DNA from: Bdellovibrionota bacterium
Lineage (GTDB): Bacteria; Bdellovibrionota_C; UBA2361; CAKMMH01
Reading direction: 5' to 3'
Length of the DNA stretch: 64,000 bases
Assembly: GCA_050952645.1 (NCBI GenBank)
Contig: JBMNLI010000012.1
Coordinates: 160,001 to 224,000 of the forward strand
The position numbers and the translations under genes are program-made. How positions within the stretch are numbered: the stretch's first letter is position 1; each line of letters opens with the position of its first letter. Positions 57,192-64,000 of this stretch are shown here, piece by piece. The notes beneath the pieces were generated by a model. The model had not been told where the DNA came from and did not search any database. It saw only the letters and a program-made list of their open reading frames with translations.

Positions 57192-59879
57192 TTATTTTTT
57201 TTCTAAGCAAGTAGCTCTGCTAGTTATATCTTGCGAGTTGAAAATGTCTAAATTGCTTAAGATTTTTTCTGCATCTTTGTCCATGTTATTTTTTATAACA
57301 TTATATTCGGTGTCAACATAACCACGATCGCAACCAAAGCGCTCTTTATTTAAACGGTTTTGCTCGTTGTTTAGATAAGGATTGTTTTTACAGCCTTCAT
57401 TTGCTTTCGATAATACATCTATAGCTTGCTTATGCAGTTTTTTAAATTCTTCTTTTAGTAATTTCGTATTGTAAGACACATTGTAGTTATTACAAATCGA
57501 TGATTTACATTCGATAGCATTTTCATCTAGAACTTCTTTTTCAATAGTATTTAAATAATCATCTAATGATTTTTTAAAACGTGTCATAAATACGCTTAAA
57601 TATGCATTTTCTCTTAGAATTATTTTCTTATAAGTCCTAACTAATGAGCGGTCGTAATCTTCTATTTGTAATTTTAGTGCATTTTTTATTAAACGAAGAT
57701 TAGTTAAATATTGGCATTCATATTCGTCTAATATTTTATTATTTCCCTGTTTATCTTTAGTAGATGCTGTAATAAAATTATTATTGTTTTTATCTGGCAA
57801 TTGCCAAGAATAAATAGAATCGTAATCTAATGGTAGAAAAACGATTTTTTCTAGAGGGCTTACACTATTTTCAAAAAAGAGTTCAGGTTGTCCTAAGCCT
57901 TCCTTTATTTCTTCTTTTTGACCATCTTTGCTCGTTTTAATAATTAAATTATTAACTCCTTTAGGGTAATAAATAGGAAATTCATTTTTATTATCGTAGC
58001 TAAATATAGCTATTTTGCTTTTAAATAAATCTTGCACAAACCCTTCAAACTTAGGAATTACGTTTTCGCATTTTGTAGAGTTTTTATTTGCTACTACTGT
58101 TTCGATGTCTTCATTAGTATTTCTTAAACTCCAAGAAACGCTAGAGTTTTCATTAAACACTACTTGAGTAGTTCCCTTATGGACGCCAGGCAAGAATTTA
58201 GTCATTTGCCAAGTTGGCGTTTTAGGTGCATCATCATTAGTAGAAACGGTTATCATACTTTTATAACTGCCACTATAAAGGTTTGTCTCATTGCTTCTAT
58301 TTCCTACATTGATTTCAATTGGCTTTTCAAGCTTATTTTCATAACCAAAATATGCAGTAAGAGTTTTATCTCCATTGTCGGTAATACATTCTAGCCTTGG
58401 CGTTAAGTTTTTAACTACCACTTTAGGTGTACGAGTAGGAGTAGGCGTTCTCTTTACTACTCTTTTAGAAGGCTCAGTTGATGTAGTAGGAGCTGGTGTA
58501 TCGCAACCGTTTTTTACCGATGTCTTAATTTTTATAGGGTTCCTGTATGAAATCGATCTTAAAGGGCAAGAATAAGTATACTGTTTGCCATCTATACATT
58601 CATCTGTTTTTTGAAAGTTTTCTCCGGTTTGTGGAATATAGTTCTTTAAAATCATAACGGTTCCATCTTTTTTAATGCAAGAATAGCGATCCGCACATTT
58701 AAAAGCATAACAAGTTTGCCCCTCTTTGCATTTGCTTAAATCTGCCCCGTAGCACTCAACACATTTTTTTAATGAAGGATTATATACCTGAGTTTCAGGA
58801 CATCGAGAGTCTTTCGTATCTGGTGTTTTTAGTTCTTCTTGCTTTGTAGCATCGCTAGGGATATCATTTTTGATATCGTTTTCTTTCGGGCAATTTGCTT
58901 TAGTCTTTGTTTCATCTATTATAAAATTACGAACGGTTGGTCCTTCATCTCTACAAGTAAAAGTGTGCTGAATATTGTCTTTGCAATAATCAGTTTTTCT
59001 ATTATCACGCCCAAGCGGAGAGCCGTTTTTATACTTTTGAACCGTTCCGTCTTTCTTTTCGCAAGTATATGCATCTTTACATTGATTATTTAAACACATT
59101 TGTCCTTTTTTACATTTTGATGTATCACTTTCAGTGCATTGCACGCATTGCTGTAAAAATGAAGAATACACTTGAGTCGATAGGCAAGCGTAGCATTTAG
59201 AATTTTTGCATACAGGTTTATCTTTCGGGCATCGAATACCGCTATATCCTGCATCATAGCTAGCATTACATTCGGGGTTGCAAGATAAAGTAGCTCCATT
59301 ACAGCCATATTTACATGGCTCAGCTTTTGTAGCTATTTGATTATTTTTGCAATACGCTATATTGATAAATCTATTGCCAAGAATGCAGCTAGTCGTTTTT
59401 TCAGTTCCGTACATATACGCTCCATTTTTAGTTCTAATTGCTCCTCTAGGTGTTAGTGCGCAACCATAAACATCTTTTTTAGGGTCTATTAATTTTTTTC
59501 CTTTACAAGTAAGACTAGTTACGTACAAAGTGCCTAAATCTCTATCCGTAATTTCTCTGCAAGTCGATGATTGAGACCCTGTGCATAAATAATATTTATA
59601 GTGTTTTGAATTTGTTTCAGTTGCACCAATACTTTTTATATTAGAGCCAACGTTAAAAGAATTATAATTCTGAGATAGGCAAAATAGCGCAGCTGGTGTA
59701 TTACCTTTAGGCGATAACTCATGTTTTAATAAATACCTATTATCGAGTCCGTGTCTAGAAGAAATGGTTCTCCCGATATTAAATTCTGAGAATATTTTTT
59801 CATCACTCGCTCCATAGCTAATATTAGAAAACCCTAAAAATGAAAGTGTAATTAAAACTAAATATATATATTTTTTCAT
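57192..59879 (-). CDS. Large secreted cysteine-rich repeat protein of unknown function
   Basis: Signal peptide, duplicated Cys-rich module, Pro/Thr linker, two related beta-rich domains and a helical C-terminus. Confidence 0.8.
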   Translation of the reverse strand: MKKYIYLVLITLSFLGFSNISYGASDEKIFSEFNIGRTISSRHGLDNRYLLKHELSPKGNTPAALFCLSQNYNSFNVGSNIKSIGATETNSKHYKYYLCTGSQSSTCREITDRDLGTLYVTSLTCKGKKLIDPKKDVYGCALTPRGAIRTKNGAYMYGTEKTTSCILGNRFINIAYCKNNQIATKAEPCKYGCNGATLSCNPECNASYDAGYSGIRCPKDKPVCKNSKCYACLSTQVYSSFLQQCVQCTESDTSKCKKGQMCLNNQCKDAYTCEKKDGTVQKYKNGSPLGRDNRKTDYCKDNIQHTFTCRDEGPTVRNFIIDETKTKANCPKENDIKNDIPSDATKQEELKTPDTKDSRCPETQVYNPSLKKCVECYGADLSKCKEGQTCYAFKCADRYSCIKKDGTVMILKNYIPQTGENFQKTDECIDGKQYTYSCPLRSISYRNPIKIKTSVKNGCDTPAPTTSTEPSKRVVKRTPTPTRTPKVVVKNLTPRLECITDNGDKTLTAYFGYENKLEKPIEINVGNRSNETNLYSGSYKSMITVSTNDDAPKTPTWQMTKFLPGVHKGTTQVVFNENSSVSWSLRNTNEDIETVVANKNSTKCENVIPKFEGFVQDLFKSKIAIFSYDNKNEFPIYYPKGVNNLIIKTSKDGQKEEIKEGLGQPELFFENSVSPLEKIVFLPLDYDSIYSWQLPDKNNNNFITASTKDKQGNNKILDEYECQYLTNLRLIKNALKLQIEDYDRSLVRTYKKIILRENAYLSVFMTRFKKSLDDYLNTIEKEVLDENAIECKSSICNNYNVSYNTKLLKEEFKKLHKQAIDVLSKANEGCKNNPYLNNEQNRLNKERFGCDRGYVDTEYNVIKNNMDKDAEKILSNLDIFNSQDITSRATCLEKK

Positions 59880-60188
59880 ATGAACCCATAAATTTATTAA
59901 ATTTTTTTTAATTAGTTTATTTGGTTAAAAACGTTTGCTAAAAGCCTTAATATTAAGCATCGGGAGTTTTTTTGTAGAAACTTTAGAAATAAATAAAGAA
60001 AAAATAGCTTTGTTGTATGTATAAAGCGGCGTTATATAATTTATTATATAATTTCAATAATATAATTATAGTTTAAAGAAGCTTTTAAATTAGTTCTTTA
60101 AATAATTTTCTAAAAAACCTTATTTAAAATATATTTTAACTATGTAAAATAGTCCTTGCTAGCAAAAAAAAAATGGTAGAAATTTTAA

Positions 60189-60298
60189 GTTCTTCACGTT
60201 TAAAGGAGGTTTTAAGCTAATTTAAAAAAAAAGGAAAAGTTTCTTTTAATGAAGATGAAGTTTTTGAAATTTCTTTAGAGCTTTAAACGCTAAAGAAC
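60189..60298. repeat. Copy of the long-hairpin repeat (reverse orientation) upstream of the PfkB gene
   Basis: Begins GTTCTTCACGTTTAAAGG, the exact reverse complement of the copy A right end, and ends CTTTAAACGCTAAAGAAC. Confidence 0.75.
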
Positions 60299-60332
60299 AA
60301 AAATTTAAATAAAAACAAGGAAAATAGAATAA

Positions 60333-61349
60333 ATGGTTAAAGAATGCAAAAATAATAAAAAGTACTCTTTTTGTGCTATAGGTAATGCGTTAGTAGATGT
60401 TAATGTAAATGTAAGCTTTTTTGATTTAGCAACTCTTAGGCTTAACGCTGATGCAGGTTGTTGTCCTATAGATACCGAAAAAAAAGAACAAATAGAAAAG
60501 TTTATTAAGGATAGAAATCCAACGATTTCCTCTGGAGGTTCTATAGCAAATTCGCTTTACACGCTATCGCTGTTTTCTAATGATTGTGCTTTTATAGGAA
60601 CATTAGGACGAGATGATTTTGGTAGAAGCTTTTTTGATGATTTTAAAAAGAATAATATTAAATTATTAGATAGCATTTTTAAGGATAATGTTTCTACTGG
60701 AGTTTGCTTCGTATTCGTGATGCCAAATGCTGAAAGAACTATGGCTGGCTGTTTAGGAGATAGTGCAAATATTACTTTATGCGAAGATGCAAAAGATCTT
60801 ATTAGAAACTCTAGTAATTTACTTATAGAGATGTATACCGCAACGAATGATGAAGCTTATAAATCGATGATAGAAGCTACTAAAATAGCAAAAGAAAATG
60901 GAACGAAAATTATTATGAGTTTTTCAGACAAGTCGGTTTTAGATGCTTATCCTAGTAGAGTAAAAGAGTTTGTAAAGGTAAGTGATATAGTTTTTTGTAA
61001 TGAAGCGGAAGCTAAGGCTTATTCTAATGAAAAAACGGTTCTTTCGATGATACAGTTTTTTAAAGATAAAAAAGATGATATAGAGTACGTTATAACGCTA
61101 GGTAAAAATGGAGCGGTAGCAATAAAAAAAGGAGAAGTTATTCAAACTAAAGCTTTCGTAGTAAATCCTGTCGATTTAACTGGAGCAGGGGATATGTTTT
61201 TAGCAGCATATCTAAACGGCACTATGCTTTCGTTAGAAAAAGAACTAGTTTTAAAAAAAGCTTGTTATATGTCTAGCAAAATCATTTGCCAAGTTGGTGC
61301 TAGATTTAATGGAGATATAAAAAGAGCATGGAATGAGAGCATTAAATGA
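60333..61349 (+). CDS. PfkB-family carbohydrate/adenosine kinase
   Basis: GNALVD, GGSIAN, NEAEA and DLTGAGD motifs. Confidence 0.9.
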   Translation: MVKECKNNKKYSFCAIGNALVDVNVNVSFFDLATLRLNADAGCCPIDTEKKEQIEKFIKDRNPTISSGGSIANSLYTLSLFSNDCAFIGTLGRDDFGRSFFDDFKKNNIKLLDSIFKDNVSTGVCFVFVMPNAERTMAGCLGDSANITLCEDAKDLIRNSSNLLIEMYTATNDEAYKSMIEATKIAKENGTKIIMSFSDKSVLDAYPSRVKEFVKVSDIVFCNEAEAKAYSNEKTVLSMIQFFKDKKDDIEYVITLGKNGAVAIKKGEVIQTKAFVVNPVDLTGAGDMFLAAYLNGTMLSLEKELVLKKACYMSSKIICQVGARFNGDIKRAWNESIK

Positions 61350-61744
61350 GATTATTGAGATTTAAGTAAAAAAAGGCTCTGCAATATAAAATATATAAAA
61401 TGCAAAGCCTAGTGTGTAAATTAGTTAGAAAAAGTATTTATTCGGGAGTATCAACAAAACTCTGTAAAAGTGAAAATTCTAAGTTAATAAATCTATAGTA
61501 CTTGTTAAAACATAATTTATTAGAAATACTTCTGAAATAATTCCTAATAAACAAAATAAATTTATAAATATATTTATATTAATTTAATATTTTTATGCAA
61601 ATTATAAAAATTAAAGATTTTTTCTTAAAAAAATACCTTTATATTTCCGCTTTTAGTTTTAATTTTTAACTTCTTATGGTAAAATAACGCTCATTTGATG
61701 ATTTTATCGTTTAATTATTAAAAAAATTAAAAAGGAAAAATTTT

Positions 61745-63040
61745 ATGAACGTTTGCCTAAAATCTTTCGAGAATAAAAAAATTCTAATAGTCGATGATGA
61801 AGAAAGCATTAGAAAAATTTTACAAAGCATATTTGAAGATGCAGGTTTCAAAGTTTTCTTAGCAAAAGATGGTGATGAAGCTATAAAACAAGTAGAGGAT
61901 AATAACCCAGATTTAGTATTTTTAGATATATGGATGCCAGGGAAAGATGGGCTTGAAGTTATGGAAATTTTAAAAGAAAAGAGAAAAGATCTTCCTATAA
62001 TTATGATTAGTGGACACGCTACTATCGCTACCGCCGTTAAGGCAACTCAAGAAGGAGCCTTTGATTTTATAGAAAAACCTTTAGATTTAGACTTGATATT
62101 AAACACTGTCGAAAAGGCTTTAAACTCAAAAGGAGATCTCTCTAGAAATGATGCGAAGCTAGAAAATAGAAAAATAAACAATATCGTTTTTCAAAATCAA
62201 GCGATGAAAGGTAAAAAAATCCCACAAAGAACTTTAAAAACGAGTGCAGTTTTATACGGTTTAGGTTTACATTCTGGCAAAAAAACTGGAATCATCTTAG
62301 AGCCACTTCCAGCAAACTCTGGAATCCATTTTGAAGGTATCACAGAAGAGGCTGTAATTCCAGCGCATATAGATTTTGTATCTTCGACAGGATTTGCTAC
62401 AACATTAAAATTAGGAGATAAACAAGTAGCTACCATAGAACATATGATGTCGTCTTTAAGTGCTTATAGAATTTCAAACCTTTTAATAAAATGCAATGGT
62501 GAAGTTCCCGTAATGGACGGCTCATCGATAGAATTTTGCAAACTTATAGAAAATGTAGGTATCGTAGAGCAAGAGGGAGATTGGTATGAAATAAAAATTG
62601 ATGAGACGCTTAAAATAGAAGATGGGCAGAAATCGATAACCGTAGAAAAGGCTGATATACCAAGTATAAAATATATTCTTGAATATCCAGAACCGCTAGG
62701 AAGACAAGAAGTCGAGTTTGTTATGAATGATGTAGAGGTTTATAAAAAAGAAATAGCAACCGCTAGAACGTTTGGTTTTGTAAAGGATATAAATATGCTC
62801 CAAGATAAGGGGCTTGCACAAGGTGGGCAATTTAATAATTTTGTATTATATGGTGGTGAAGGCCCTATAAATTCTGAATTACACTTTAAAGATGAGGCTG
62901 CAAGACATAAAGTTTTAGATGCTATGGGTGATTTGTATTTATTAGGACGCCCAATTTGTGGTAAAATCACGGCCGTAATGACTGGGCATTCGGATAATAT
63001 AAAATTAGTAAAATTATTAAAAGAAAAAATGGAGTGTTAA
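61745..63040 (+). CDS. lpxC: Receiver domain-LpxC fusion (UDP-3-O-acyl-GlcNAc deacetylase with N-terminal REC)
   Basis: REC domain with DD17-18, D61, S89 and K111. LpxC domain with QRTL, GLHSG, TIEH, EVPVMDGSS, ARTFGF, HKVLDAMGD and GH. Confidence 0.92.
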   Translation: MNVCLKSFENKKILIVDDEESIRKILQSIFEDAGFKVFLAKDGDEAIKQVEDNNPDLVFLDIWMPGKDGLEVMEILKEKRKDLPIIMISGHATIATAVKATQEGAFDFIEKPLDLDLILNTVEKALNSKGDLSRNDAKLENRKINNIVFQNQAMKGKKIPQRTLKTSAVLYGLGLHSGKKTGIILEPLPANSGIHFEGITEEAVIPAHIDFVSSTGFATTLKLGDKQVATIEHMMSSLSAYRISNLLIKCNGEVPVMDGSSIEFCKLIENVGIVEQEGDWYEIKIDETLKIEDGQKSITVEKADIPSIKYILEYPEPLGRQEVEFVMNDVEVYKKEIATARTFGFVKDINMLQDKGLAQGGQFNNFVLYGGEGPINSELHFKDEAARHKVLDAMGDLYLLGRPICGKITAVMTGHSDNIKLVKLLKEKMEC

Positions 63041-63110
63041 TTTTCTTTCGGGCTTCGTGTGAAGAACTATTAATTTTTAGAATTTAAAATCACCTTAAAA
63101 CGTCAAAGAA
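63041..63110 (+). repeat. Right half of the long-hairpin repeat between lpxC and mreB
   Basis: TTTTCTTTCGGGCTTCGTG...TAATTTTTAG...CACCTTAAAACGTCAAAGAA. Confidence 0.7.
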
Positions 63111-63168
63111 TTATTAAAGTTTTTTAAATTAAAAGTTTAAGTATAAAAATCAAAAGGAAGTAGTAGTA

Positions 63169-64000
63169 ATGTTTAGATTATTTTCACCTAATTTAGCTAT
63201 CGATTTAGGAACGGCTAATACGCTTTTTTACGAAAGTGGAACTGGAGTCGTTTTAAATGAACCATCAATGGTTGCGCTTTCCTATTTTGAAGGCAAACAA
63301 GAGATCGTCGCTATTGGTGCAGAGGCTAAACAGATGCTTGGTAGAACTCCCGAAGGGGTAGATGTTATAAGACCTATAAGAACTGGAGTTATAGCAGATT
63401 TTGATGTAGCAAGTAGAATGATAAAATATTTCTTAAATTCTGCTAGAAAAAAAAGAGCTTCTCTTATTAGACCATCGCATATCATTGTAGGAGTCCCTAG
63501 TGGAATTACAGAGGTTGAAAAACGTGCTATAAAAGATGCTCTCGAAGGAGAAGCAAGAGATATAAAGCTAATAGATGAGGCGATGGCGGCAGCCATTGGG
63601 TGTAATCTTCCAGTGACGGAGGCTACTGCATCTATGATAGTCGATATAGGCGGCGGGACTACAGATATTGCAGTTATAAGTCTCTCAGATATAGTCTACT
63701 CAACATCTATTAGGCAAGGGGGAGACGCTATGGACGAGGCTATAATAAATTACATCAAAAGAAAACATAGAATTTTTATAGGAGAGTCAACCGCAGAGCT
63801 TATAAAAATGACTATCGGTTCTGCGCATAAAACTTACGATAATCAACAAGTAGAGGTAAGAGGAAGAGATTTGTCAACGGGCGTCCCAGGAACAGTTGTA
63901 ATAAGTGGGATAGAGATAAGAGAGGCGATTTTTGAGGTTATCTCAAACATTATAGAAGCTATCAAGCAAGTTTTAGAAAATACTCTTCCAGAGCTTTCAG
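63169..64000 (+). CDS. mreB: Rod shape-determining actin homolog MreB (runs off the window)
   Basis: ATG 63169 reads MFRLFSPNLAIDLGTANT...NEPS...GVIADF...AAAIG...DIGGGTT; missing from the ORF track because no stop lies in the window. Confidence 0.95.
   Translation, partial: MFRLFSPNLAIDLGTANTLFYESGTGVVLNEPSMVALSYFEGKQEIVAIGAEAKQMLGRTPEGVDVIRPIRTGVIADFDVASRMIKYFLNSARKKRASLIRPSHIIVGVPSGITEVEKRAIKDALEGEARDIKLIDEAMAAAIGCNLPVTEATASMIVDIGGGTTDIAVISLSDIVYSTSIRQGGDAMDEAIINYIKRKHRIFIGESTAELIKMTIGSAHKTYDNQQVEVRGRDLSTGVPGTVVISGIEIREAIFEVISNIIEAIKQVLENTLPELS

Noticed and set aside
59957..59985. Sigma28 promoter (TAAAGTTT...CCCGATGC, minus strand) for the Cys-rich gene
   Set aside because: The spacer is about 2 nt longer than the FliA consensus and the -10 match is partial, so it is not supportable without a genome-derived motif.
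61676..61692. Sigma54 promoter upstream of REC-lpxC
   Set aside because: GG-to-GC spacing is 9 nt instead of the required 10.

Overview
AT-rich (roughly 30% GC by eye) chromosomal segment of a flagellated, LPS-producing diderm bacterium. Gene content (tol-pal, lpxC, cdaA-cdaR-glmM, hslVU, sigma54/FliA flagellar genes) suggests a deltaproteobacteria-like lineage, possibly Bdellovibrionota-related; this is inference. Most of the window is housekeeping: hisS (partial), murC-like, hslVU, cca, tpiA/gap, tolQRAB-pal-cpoB, rluD, polyprenyl synthase, menA-like, tRNA-Glu, queG, an M16 peptidase pair, flhB-flhA-flhG-fliA, metK, a TetR-RND efflux operon, fliK, dacB-mltD, a sulfatase-like gene, cdaA-cdaR-glmM-tsaE, pfkB, lpxC and mreB (partial). 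One complete IS1634-family element is present (29-bp TIRs, 5-bp TSD). The main observations are: (1) LpxC fused in frame to an intact NtrX/NtrC-type receiver domain, a candidate phosphorylation-controlled lipid A enzyme; (2) an unannotated family of long-hairpin repeats (GTTCTT..ACGTTTTA...TAAAACGT..AAGAAC) with about 9 full or partial copies in both orientations, a tandem array, pairing-preserving substitutions and placement in gene leaders; (3) sigma54-type promoters before flhB and fliK, a probable ATA start for flhA, and no flhF; (4) a large secreted Cys-rich repeat protein; (5) a local cluster of +1 homopolymer frameshifts, probably assembly errors, that hides a small gene; (6) pervasive 11-15 bp micro-duplications.
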